Part shown: piece by piece, positions 13,955-27,917 of the stretch
Position numbering within the stretch: the stretch's first letter is position 1
How the letters are laid out: the number at the start of each line of letters is the position of its first letter
Assembly (NCBI GenBank): GCA_900088475.1
Contig: FLMG01000171.1
Coordinates: 1-64,000 of the forward strand
DNA length: 64,000 nt
Source of the DNA: Hyphochytrium catenoides
Taxonomy: Eukaryota > Protista > Hyphochytriomycota
Direction of reading: 5' to 3'
Made by a program: the position numbers and the translations under genes
Notes under the pieces: model-generated
Told to the model about the DNA's origin: nothing
Databases searched by the model: none
The model's input: the letters and a program-made list of their open reading frames with translations, nothing else

Positions 13955-16900
13955 CTACTCATCCCCTCCGTCTTCCGAGTCATCCTCCAGATCGATGTCA
14001 TTCTGGGTATCAATGACACGAAAGCCTTCCAGAAACTCCTTGTAAGAAAGTTGACCGTCCTTATTCCTGTCTAGAGCTTTCATCAGCTCCTCGATCTGAA
14101 CCGACGATATGGGGTTGTCAAGCAAGCGATTGATGGTATGCAGCCCTTGCTTGAACTCTTCTATCGACACGGTGCCGCTGTAGAAGGAATAGAGAGGAAA
14201 ATGACTAACTGACAGTATCGCAACGGATGAAATGACCAAAGGGACCTACCTATTATCCACATCGAACATCCTAAAGGCGCTCCGCATGTGAATCCTGTGT
14301 TGGAATAGTACATTCGCCACTTGCTGCAAAATTGAATGCTGCCACGTCGGCTCATCGTTCTCAAGGCTTGCTTCTTCCGTCTTGTCGCGGATCTTGAAAG
14401 CATGCACGAACTCTGCAACAAGAGGAAACAGAGCGGTCACGGATGCGTGAGGAGAGGAGTGGTCAATGGGCAGATTCTCGAGCAGACAACAAATAGAACA
14501 AGGAGGAAAGTTGGGGTTGGAGGGTGAGAATGAGTAGCAGGAAAGCATTAGCTCTCTTTGCTCACAAAGGCTATCGGATAGAGGACAGCCTTGAAATTTG
14601 GCTCACCTTTGTACTCAATGCATCCATTGTGATCATCATCAATCTGTGCTGCCAAATTCGAGGCTTGCTGCTTGCTGATAGCTGGCTCCATCGACGAGAC
14701 AGCCGTAGCAAACTCTTCATAGGACAAGACGCCATCGTTGTTGCTATCATAGTCCTTAAATGCGGCTTCGAGGTCAGCCTATATCACGTATGACCGGGAG
14801 AGAGAGAATTGTGAGACAAGCCATCTAAGACGAACAGGGCAATCTCGTACAGCCAAGTGAATACAAGCGCTGAGGGACGCGAAGAGCAAGGAGGAAGGGT
14901 AACAAAGACGTGATGTAGTTGAAATGCTCTGTAGAAGGGCGTTATGAATGACTGCGAAGACACTCCGCATGCTTCTTTGCTCACCGCCGCTCTGAAAATA
15001 GCCGCCCCTATCTTAGACAGTAGCGCTTGCGTCTCCGCATCGAACCGCCGTGAGGGCCTAACTGGCCTCAGCTGCGAGCCAGACCGTTTTCTTGTCTGGA
15101 CATCGCCATCCTCCTCCATTGTTGATGCCTGTACATCACTGAAGATAACCTCAAAGCGACTAGCAAACTCCACAAAGTCCACTTTCCCGTCCTCATTGGT
15201 GTCAGCACTCCTCATAAGCTCGTAGGTCTGTTTCATTGCGAGTTTGTTGAGAGACAACTCAACAAATCAAGCCAAAACAGGTAAGCTCATCTCAAAGTAC
15301 CTGTAGGTCTGAAAGTCCAATGTCTAGCTTTTTCAAAGTATTGATGAACTCATCGTACTGGATGTGCCCATCCTCATCAGTATCAAAAAGCTTGAATGCT
15401 TGTTCTAAATTTCCAGCTCCCAAGGCGGTAAACAGCTTCATACAGATCTTCGTAATGACTGCAGTCTGCCATTCCTCGTTATCCACACTCATCTGGATCT
15501 GATAACGCTCTAAGAACCTGGGAACGACATGAAAACATCATTACAAGGCCACTGCATCGACGGCTGGTCCACGTCGGACCGCATACAATAGGCAATAGGA
15601 GGGAGCTATGGGAGTTTTCACATCGTCCGCCTCTTCAGCAGTATGAGGTGGCGGTCCAACCAAGATAATGTTTCAGAGCTTTTGCAATAAGCGAAGACCG
15701 ACCCCGCAAGGAAACGAAACCGAAAAATGTTGCGGCATTGAGCTGGGAGCTAAAGAGAAGCCTGGTAACAAGACTGCGGAAAACTGTGGCATCTGCTCTT
15801 CACAAGAAAGATTGCTGGGGGTGCACATACCGCGAGTAGTTGATAGTTCCATCCCCTTCCGCCTCAGCAAGCTTTTTTTGATAGAATAAGAATGGGATGT
15901 CTAAATGTAGTACACTTCTCAGCGCTTCGGACCACAGAAGCCGGGTTACCCTGCCACTTCGCGACTTGTCCCTCTGTGTGAAGAACCAGTAAAGAGATGG
16001 CTTGTTGTCCACTATTCGTTCTACTATGAGACGGATGTTGTCTCTCTCTAACTTCTCTGCCTGACGACTCTTCGGAAGAGTCTTTGAGATCCCCGGTGTA
16101 GAAGGCACTCCAAAGTCCGTCTGCTGAACACTGTGTGCGTAGAATTGCTGGATTTCGGGCTGCAGATCTGCACCTAGAGTAAGAAAGGCGCCCTTGTTCG
16201 CTTGGGTTCCACAGTAGCGCGAAGCAGAGAATAGAGTGATCAGTCTCCCTCCGTGTAGGACCTGCATGCATGCAATGACTATTAGAGCTATGGCAACTTA
16301 AGGATCGAAGAAATAGGTAGAGCCCAAGACTAGAAAAGCAGTCTAGGCATGCGACTGTTTCTCGCTCACAGGCGGACTCACCTCGTAGCCCTCTTGCACG
16401 CACTCGTGAGAGCGAACAATCAACGCGATGCCGTTGACGGCACAGAAGTTATTGGTTACGTCCTGACCAAACTCAACTCCTGCACCTCTTTCTGACGGTT
16501 GTCGACCCTACAGAGTGACGCATAAACTATGTCTTAGCAATTCCGTCGAGACTTTATCTCCATCTCTCTACGACCTCAATGGACCCAGCCTAATCTCTAT
16601 TCTATTTAGGGTCTTGACCTCTCGACCCCTCTCCTCCCTTAACTCTCGTGATGTCACCTCTCAGCATGCTTTGCGTATGCATACCATAATAGGCCGAGGG
16701 TCGCTCCACAGCATGTCCTCAAACACCTGGTCCTCGAAGTCTGGATTGTGAAGCGGAGGTTCGCGTTTGCGGTTGATCGCCTTTAGGTGCGCTAATGTCA
16801 CGCTATCCCGCGCAAAGAGGCCTCCGTGTACCACAAAAATCTTCTCTTGTACCACTGCACATAGTGGTAGAGCATCAAAACAGTCCTATGAACAAAGGTT

Positions 16901-18829
16901 AGCACACGTTTAGGAGAGCTGTCGAGCGGAAAGAATGGAGGTGTGAGCATTTGACAGAGTATCAAGATATAAGGCTTGCGACTGGAAGGTGACAGCCAGT
17001 TAAGGCTCGCAGCAGTGTAGGGCAAACAAAATCTCACGCAATCCCATCGCATGGTTGAAGGAAGTTTTAACGCGCTATGGTCCTTTGCAGTTAGATCAAG
17101 ACTCAGAGCCAACTGAAGAGAGCTTCTGTCTCACATGAAAGCATTTCAAGCAGTTGACAGCCCTCTGGGGGTCTCCATACGCTGAGCCATCATACTTGTT
17201 CAGGATCTCATCTTCGAAGCCCATCCAGCTGTTCTGGCTCCGAGATTCGTGGTTGCCTCGGTTGACAAAGACTGAGTTCGGATAGAGTAACATAAAGGCG
17301 CAGATCGTCATATACACCTGCGGCAGGAAGAGATTGAAAACATTTCAGATGAATGGCTGTCTAGCTGTGAGAACGGAATTAGTTAATGACAACAATGCCT
17401 GCTGTTAGAAAGGGCACTCTAAGCACTCTAGTCACACTTTAAAACGGATCTTATCATTCTCAGCATGACATGTACTCCAATATAAGAGTCTGACCTCCGC
17501 GCCACTATCTCCTCTGTCCACGAAGTCGCCATTGAATAGATATTGATTCTTTTCTGAGGGAAGCCCATTGATTGTAAAGATCGAGAAGAGGTCCTGCGAA
17601 GATTAAGAACAGTTGTAAGTGACTGCCGACTATATCATTGCTGTCTTGGGCGGCCATGCAAGATAACGGAAGTACGACTGAGCAGGAGACGAATGGGTCT
17701 TGAAGCTGCTTGAAGAGTGAAGCGTATCACGTCGAAGTGGCACTACCTGAAGCTGGCCGTGCAGATCGCCCACAATCGTTATCTTCTCATCCTTAGCCAC
17801 ATTGATCTCTTGAAGGGTGTGCTTCTTGGCCTGCATTTTCTTTACTTTTTCTAAAACCTCTCGCGTATATCTAGAGACACAGAGAGTGGGAATCTGTTGT
17901 ACGGATTGCGAAAGTGCACAGCAGCCAGACCACTTACACATAATGGAGTGAGTATCCTTGCTTGAAATGATCTAGCATGTCTAGTACTATCTCCAAAGAG
18001 AGAGGGAACGATATATGTGGGCCCTTATATTCAGGCTCGATGAAATCCAGATCCGCTGAACCCTGTCTAGAGTCAAGAATCTGGAGAAGGTGTCGATCGT
18101 CAGAAAAGTGCACTGCAGCTGCAGAGAGCAGAGGCGTGGAGGCATATCACCTTTTTGGAGGCAAGTGGAGAAAGCGTCTTCTCCGCATTCTTAAGCTTTA
18201 GCCCCCTTTTGAGCATCAGTTGCTCTTCATGGTTGTCCAAGACATTCCAAGTGTGAGCATTGAGCTCTTGACGGAACTGAGTACGAGGATGACCGTTGCA
18301 ATGGGTATAAGTACCAAGCTAGAACGAGGGTGTGATATAAACCAGCGCTACCTTCTTCTTCGCCAGCAACCTTCTGACCGCTGTCTGTATCCGACAAGCG
18401 GAATAAACTTTGACATCCCAGGGCTAGGACCGAGAAGGGGATGTGTTTAGCTAAGAACGGTACACTACAGGACCTTAACGGGTCATGAGGTATACGGATA
18501 GTCTTAGCTATGTGGTACCTGTACGAGTGACTGTCGGCAGAAGAGACCCCGCTGTTCTGGACACTGGAAAAGCTGCTTGCCCATGTAGAGCCCATTGCAT
18601 GTTCCCATGGGGCGATCGAGCTCGATTCCTACGTGTGCTCCTTGCTTCTCTTTGCCCGGAAGAATACTTGGACCCCACCGGACCACCTAATAGCCCACCC
18701 AACTGCGATTAGACACTTCGGGAGAGCTCCGATCAGCGCCTCTCAGTATCTTACCCCTGGAAAACGTGATCTGGCGATGACTTTATCGCCAACGGTAACT
18801 GGAGCTTCCGCCATCTGTACGTCGTCCAT
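13955..18829 (-). CDS. PPEF/rdgC-type Ser/Thr protein phosphatase with N-terminal CAP-Gly domain, IQ motif and about 7-8 EF-hands
   Basis: CAP-Gly-like [28 protein letters not shown]; IQ motif [14 protein letters not shown]; PPP motifs [42 protein letters not shown]; EF loops [72 protein letters not shown]. Confidence 0.9.
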
Positions 18830-20666
18830 ACCTCTACTCAACTAGTGCTTACGTCGCCTCAAGGCTCCGACCACGACACTGAAGTAAGCTAGTGATGTAA
18901 GGGAACTTATTGTCGAGGAGGTGTGGTTCCTCTTTCCAGCGATGGACGAAAGTGGCCCCTCTAGAGAAGATGACGACAGGTTAGTGACGGAGCGGACGAC
19001 AATGTTAGTTGACATGTGTCTCCTCATCTCAGACAATAGCAAGGACTCTCTTACCTGTTGCCAGATGACTCCGTTGTAAAGTTTAGGACGCTTAGCAGAC
19101 TCTGCTAATCAAACGTTGAGGGACAACATGAAGCTAACGTTCACTCACGGTGCTTCTATTCCGGGCAGCCGCCCCTGTAATGCCCTCTATGGATGACTCG
19201 GTCCCAATAACTGATGCCGCTGATTCTCAAGCCGGCACACAAGAGAGAGTAGAGTCCTCATTAGATTCTATCCATCGACCCAAAGAGAGGTGACACGCCA
19301 TTTCCTTTGCCACTCTGTCTCTCTCACATGCTGTCTTGAGTCTTCCTACATGCCGCGCTTGGCTTACTGCTGCACTGGTTGAGGGAAGAAAGCGGCTGTT
19401 ATTATTATCTACTACTTAGAACTACCCGCCGTCCCCTTGTGTCCTCTTTCTTCTCAACTGATTCCCCGCAAAGCCAAGAGACAGAGGACAGACAGAGGGA
19501 TGTAAGAGGTAGAGAGGTATAACTGATTAGTAGGATGTGAATATGTAACTTGGCGGACAGACAGAGAGGAGACAAAACAAGTGAGAGATATTGGCGGGTG
19601 CATAACAGAAAAGGGAGGAGGGAAAAAGGAAGATGGAAGAAAGAGGACGCTAGCCAGAGACAGAGAAAGACGAGATGCCATTGCCATAGTCAACAGAACG
19701 AGTAGATGGCAGTCAGAGTCAACTAGAGACAGGGGAATACAGAAGTTATTTAGTCGTACAAGTAGTGTTACAGTAGAAAAGGGCCACAGCTTAATTAATC
19801 CTACAAGTATCTTACTCTAACGGGACTAACCCTGGTATGCAGAGTCTTATAGTTCCATGTGAAAGGGCGTACTACTACGAAGAGTGTGGGAAGGCGGATT
19901 CCTAATGAATCTACTCTGGTTCAGAACACTGCATCCAAAGGTTTGTGTTGTTGTGTGATACTGTAGTCTGATCCTTTCAAGCGTCCGAATCTTTGCGGAA
20001 AGAAACGGGTGTATGAATCAGGAGGAACCAGAATTTCATTATTTCGAAGGCTTCAAAGAAAGTTACCGAAAGCTTCCCGGCGAAGGAGAAGCCAAAGTCC
20101 GCCATTGAGGCATTGTATATGAATAGATTATCTCAAAGGCTCTACTATTTCACAGGAGGGAAAACCGGAGTTGGACATCACTTGCCATTGTTCTCTGGAG
20201 ATTTGAAAACCTGAATTGATCTCTAGCGAAGTGTTAGATACAAATAGCTTGTGTGTGACTCTAACTGTGTTTATTGTCTCAGTTAGAGTAAACTCATAGG
20301 CATCGCTGCTCCACACGACAGAGTGGGTTTGGCGCTTACTTGATTGAGGTTCTTGTGAGGAAGCATCTCCCAGCCACAATCTCTGCCGCAGCTTGGATTG
20401 CAAGCACTTGAGCACGCTCAATCCAAGAGAAACTGCAGATACTTCTTCATTCTTTATCTGACAGAGCTTCTTGCTTGAGCTTCGTCCCGTCACGTTCTAT
20501 CGCAGTCGTACCAAGTTACAGAAGGTACACAGAGTCTCACTTAGCTTTCTCTTCATCTCCAATCAACTCTAGTCCCCGGCGGGGCTACGATATCTCGGCA
20601 GAATCTTTTTCTCTCCACGTACTCAAACTCGTCTGTCTGCCTGGCAGAACAAACATCATTGCCAAC

Positions 20667-22497
<1,831 letters not shown>

Positions 22498-23934
22498 GAC
22501 ACTACCCGACCCAATTGCCATCTAATATTCCTAGCAAAATATATGCATACCCCATCAGGGCCGTCTTATATCTTCTCCTCTATCAGAGATCCCCGGGTGC
22601 AGAGTCGAGGTTCTTCTCAGGTCTATTCTTAGCCGCCCCGTAGGGCAGTGCTTATACAGGAGTCTTAATGCACATCTTCGAACCTTATTATGTCGCATGT
22701 AGGCCGAAAAAAAGCTGAGCTACAATTCATGTGAATAAGCTATCCTATTCCCTCGCATCAACATATTTACCTCCACCATCCCTTCAGCTGAAGGAAGAGG
22801 CAGTACCTCAGAGCTCTCCTATCACAATCATCGTCTTGGCCGTGCAATGTTCACGGCTCAATATAGAAAAAGGCGCTGTGAGCCTGTTGAATACTTAGTC
22901 ACGGCATTATCAGTCAAACAGACTACCACATCTCTCTCTTCCTTACCCTCTTCTGCAGCGTGATCTCTCTATTTCCTTGCTGTCTCTAACTCTGAAGTCT
23001 TCATAGCTCATGACCCACTCGAAAGAGCGGCAGAGCTATTGAGAATGACAAGCTGCAGAACTGCAGACTCCTTGTCTGCAATAACTCTCCATACAAAACA
23101 CTCCTTTCTCCTATGTCACACCGTGGACATTGCGAAAGGAAGATCTCCGTTGGTGCCTTCCATGTACAGAAGAAGTTCTATGACCAGCCATCAAACATGT
23201 TCGTCGCGGTTCTTAACCCTAGGCGGTATATTATCGGACAACTGTGTGATCAGCCTTGGCTAGGACATACAGATAGCTCTCAAGGGAGGAGTATTTATGG
23301 GTCTCGGGAGTTCTTCCTATCCAGCCTTGGCTTGGGAAGAGCCAGAGTAGGGGTAGAAGGAGACAGAGGACTGGGTTGATGGTTATTTTGAGGATCACTA
23401 TCCTGCTCGAGGTATGAGAAGCTTGCTAGAGAGACGGCGGCAAGAGACAATGAACACCTTTGAGCACAGGCTGGAGAGTTATACAGGGCAAGAGACAGGA
23501 AGACAGACAGAGTCGAGAGGCCAAGAAGAAGCCGAACAGCGCACAAGGGCAAGAATCCTTGCTGTTGAACCACCATGACTATGCTCTCTTAGACCAATCA
23601 GCAGGCAATAATAGCACAGGAGACAATGACTTGCACTTGAGGTTCTTCCCAGAGACGGACAGAGCTAACAGAAGGCGATCCGCGAGAAAGAGAAGTACCA
23701 GTGTGGAAGCAAATTTTCAACAACAGAGACCAGTTTGGAGCTTCTCCTTGCTCTGCAGTGGATCCAGAAGCTCTGAAAGCTTGGTGAGGAGAACGAGGCA
23801 GATCGACATATGCAACGTTCCGCCAGCAAATAGCCAAAACTGTACTAGGCAACTCGGGCCTGGCTGCCGGCACTTGCCGCAGTCGGTAAGTCACGCCATT
23901 GATAGCTTGTGAAGCAGGTTCGGGAGTTGTCAGA

Positions 23935-25572
23935 ATGGGTAATCGGAGCAGCTTGGGAACTCGTAAGGAATTGATTCCACCTGTGACGAAGAGACCGCTG
24001 GAACCGGTAAGTCAAACACTGAGGATGTATAAGGCCTTGCACTTCCTGATCTTTATTCCAAACTAGATTGAAAAGTACTATACCATCGAGAACAAACCTC
24101 TGGGCAAGTAAGTGCTTCGTAGCTATGTTTTCTATTCCTGGCAGCGAGCCTGAGTGAGTGCTTCGTCCTGGCAGGGGACATTATGCGATCGTTTACCAGG
24201 GTCACGAGAACAAGACAGGAAGGAGGGTAGCCGTAAAACGGATACGCAAGTCGGCAACCGACGAAAAGCGCCTTCGATCTGAGATTAGCATCTTGCGCCA
24301 GGTGAGGCCGACGTTCATGTCCGAGAAAGTGTGATTCAACGACCTGTAATGTCCTAATATTTTTCAGGTGACCAAGCATCAGAACATAGTGGAACTTCTT
24401 GACGTGTTCGAGACTCCAGTGGAGCTCTTTCTTGTGATGGAGTTGTGCACTGGTGGCGAGTTGTTCGAGCGGCTAGCGAACAAAGGGCCATACTCCGAGG
24501 CCGACTGTATAAAGCACATAACGGACTTGACGAGAGCTGTACATTTTCTACACAGGTATGTATGAACATAGATTACATTGGGTCCTGCGCCAGACTGTCC
24601 TACACGCAGCTATGTTTGCTAGAGCGTGAGCGCCTACTGCTACCTCAGAGCCTTCCCTCCTTGTGCTTGTTTCAAGCCCCTTGGGTTGGGTGACCCAACA
24701 AACCTATTTGTTAACCGAGGTGTATCCTTGACAGGAAAGGTATCGTACATAGAGATCTAAAGCCTGAGAATATTCTTCTTTCAACACCAGACGATGAGAC
24801 TGCAGTGCTCAAGGTTGCAGATTTTGGCTTGGCCAAAGTCGTGCACGGCTCCAGCATGAAGACGAAGTGCGGCACCTGGGGATATTCAGGTAAATTGGAG
24901 CCGACCGGAGAACTGTTGCTGCCTTCTGCAGAGGAAATTGAACGGTCCGTTATTTTGTTACCTCAATCAGCTCCTGAGATGATGACAGGAAGTGGTACGA
25001 CCTTTGGCTATGATGCGAAAGTTGATGCTTGGAGCGTGGGAACGATTCTCTACATCTTGTGAGTTGATGCAACGAAGTATCCCGTAAATATCTTGCCTGC
25101 TGCTGACTAGCATCCATCTTGCAGGTTGAGTGGCTATCACCCCTTCGATCCTGACGGCACTAGCTCAAATAACGAGATGATGAAGGCGATCAAGGAGTGC
25201 AAATTTGACTTTAATGATGAGGTTCATTGGGATCGTGTTTTCGCAGTGCCGTGTCTGACAGATTAGGCTGAGCTTGATGTTTCACAGGCGTGGAGAGGGA
25301 TCTCTGACAACGCAAAGGACCTCGTTCGCAGCCTTCTTGTTCTAGACCCAGAAAGTCGCTACGGCATGGAAGAGATTCTTCAGCACCCGTGGATAAATGT
25401 GAGAACTCCATATTCCAATTTTGTCGGTCAAGTCGTGAACTAGCCTAAGCTTATGTGTTATTGGCTCCTTTAGTCATTGGAGACAGCTTCTAGAGGTCCG
25501 TTATCACCCCTCATACACAAAGAGCTCGGGCGGTTCTGGAGTTTGTCAAAACTTCGAAATGCAGATCCATGA
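23935..25572 (+). CDS. CaMK-family (CAMK1-like) Ser/Thr protein kinase with predicted N-myristoylation
   Basis: Exon 1 [24 protein letters not shown]|gtaagt is in frame with [64 protein letters not shown] and LQHPW; TGA at 25570-25572. Confidence 0.92.
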
Positions 25573-26544
25573 AATCAGAAGTGAGTCACGTGAGACTGCA
25601 GTCTCGATACCTAGTGGCTGCAGAACTCGAAGTACTGGCAGCCAACTGTCATCTCAGACAGACCTAACCCATTGTAGAAAGACCTAATCATGATATTATT
25701 TATGCGATATTGAAGACACGCGTAGACTACTAACTCCTTCAAGCACTCAGAAGGGCACCATTCTGCCCCTCTTCTCTTCCATCTGAGCTTGTCGCTCTTC
25801 CATCTGTTTGAAGCTTCTCGCTCTGTTCTCTCCAGTCACCAGAGCAGAGCATTCCCATCTCAGCAGGATGACCGGACTTCCTGTGCTTCACCTCAATGAT
25901 TTGGCCCGCCAAAGACAAGGTTTCACGAATCATTCATGAAACAATCATCGGAAAGGATAGCTTACACTATACAAAATCCCTCCATGCAACCTTTCGTCTT
26001 ATGGACCTCGGAAACCTTGCCCGTCCGTTTCAGAAGTGATGCTGCTGTGTGAGGTCTGAGGTCTGATGGCCATCGGCGTACCTTCCCTTCCCTTCCTCTG
26101 CCGCCTTTCTCAGCTCTCAAGGTTCAAACTGTTCGTCTCTTCTCTTCGTCGTCTCCCTATCGCTGCTTCTCCATTCTTACCTATAGGCTGCTTCGTGCTC
26201 CTCTCGCGCTTTGTTAATCCATTCCGGCTTCCGGTAGGCGTCTATGTCTCTGACTCTACGGTGCTCTCTCCCTCCCTTATCCTCCAGCTTCTTTCTTCCT
26301 TGCTTCTTGTCATCCTCCTTCCTTTCACCCCGAGCTTATCCTTCACCTCCTCGGGAGAATATTGAGCTGTAAGCTAGCAGAAAACGAGCGCCAAGCGATT
26401 AGTCTGCCTGCCACTGCATCACCATCTGGGGAGCAACAGCGCCGTCATCATCAGCTCAAAGTCTGACCCCGAGACGCGGACTGAGATGATCTGAAGAAAC
26501 AACCGTCTCGTTACTGCCCAGAAGGCCCTGGGCAGAAGTGAAAT

Positions 26545-27756
26545 ATGTCTTCGACAAAGCTGAGTTTAAAGGAACAGCGGGAAAGGTTGATCGATACTCC
26601 TGCAGCATCACCTTTTCCATCATTCTAACTGATGTTTGCAGGGAAAAGCTGAAGAAACTAGAAGAAGGCTTTACGTCAAACGTGAAAAATGAGAAGCGGA
26701 AAGAATATAACGCTTTGCATGATCCAAACATGCGCCACTTTTTTGAGAACCGGAGGCTTCAGATGCATTTATATAGAGCAGGCATGGTAGGTGTGACGTG
26801 TCTCTCTCTCTCTTGAGCGAGGGGTACTCTACTGGCCACCCTTTTACATTTTGTCTCTTCACTAGATTGATAGGCAAGGCCGCGTTATAGATTATGAGAA
26901 AAATAAGTCGAAGATCGCCATTATTGAGCAGGAGTTCAGAATGGCTGAGAAAGCAGAGGCCCTGCGCCGAAAGGAAGAGGAAGAGATGCGGGTGCGTCCT
27001 TCTAGGTTTGGTTCCATACACCTTTTCTTCTCGTTCTCTCTGACCCAAAGCTATCGCAGAGACGAGTGCAAATACAAAGACAGGAAGCGCTTGAGAATGC
27101 TCGTCGCATGGAAAGGCTGCAGAAAATTAAAGAGGACCAACGGATTCGAAGAGAGATCATCCAAGCCACACGGGAGTCGCAGTGCGGAAGCCTTGAAGGG
27201 CCCAGCAGCATCCCGAAGTCAAGGACACCCAAGAATAAGGCACGTTACATTTGCGCCAGAGCTCCAGCAAACAGCAATTCTTCCGCCTCCAATCACCTTT
27301 CTAGTTAGTCTCCTCGCTCGCGATGTATGGATTCTCTTCTACTACATGGGTTGGTTCCTCCTCTACAATCGCTGCTCTTCCTTGTTCTCACCTTATTCTT
27401 ACATGCAGTCACGGCCACTAGCACAGCAAGGAGAAAGTTTCTTTTTGACAGAAGCACCAATGGGAACAGAAGAAGAGGATAATCGAGGTTAGCCCGCTCA
27501 CTTGAGCCCATGATAAGTTTAGCGAGCGGAGAGTGGGTCTTCTGTCTGCTTCTTGTTACCGTCCTTGTGCTAACGACTCACTTACCATGTCTCTGTCGTT
27601 CTCTATCTAGATTACTATGAAGAGGATTTAGCAACACCATCCAAGTCGAACAATGCCAGGCCTGAGACAGGGGATTCATATGCCAGTGACTTCACACACG
27701 GTTCTAACAATGATGCTCTTGACAATTTCGTGGAGCAGAGAAGAGTTGAAGGATAG
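26545..27756 (+). CDS. Coiled-coil protein with ERICH3-N-like domain (probably cilia-associated), about 6 exons
   Basis: MSSTKLSLKEQRER|EKLKKLEEGF..EYNALHDPNMRHFFENRRLQMHLYRAGM|IDRQGRVI resembles the ERICH3 N-terminal motif (YNSLxDxHLxxYF..HL.RxG.I...GR) as I recall it; an E/R-rich coil follows. Confidence 0.65.
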
Positions 27757-27917
27757 GAAAATGCCGCTTTTTCAGAACTTGATCTCTCTGTGGAATACGC
27801 TCGCTCTTTATCACTCCCTTGGCGCACGGCGCCATCTATTCTATTCTATAGTACTAATAGCGTAACAGTGCTCCCATAGCCACTGAAATTGTGCAATGTG
27901 AGAATCACCGGTAAGCT

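Noticed and set aside
22980-23900. ORFs 23113..23379 and 23460..23912 as an N-terminal extension of the kinase
   Set aside because: No recognisable domain or consistent splice path; the kinase has a good own start (MGNRSS) at 23935.
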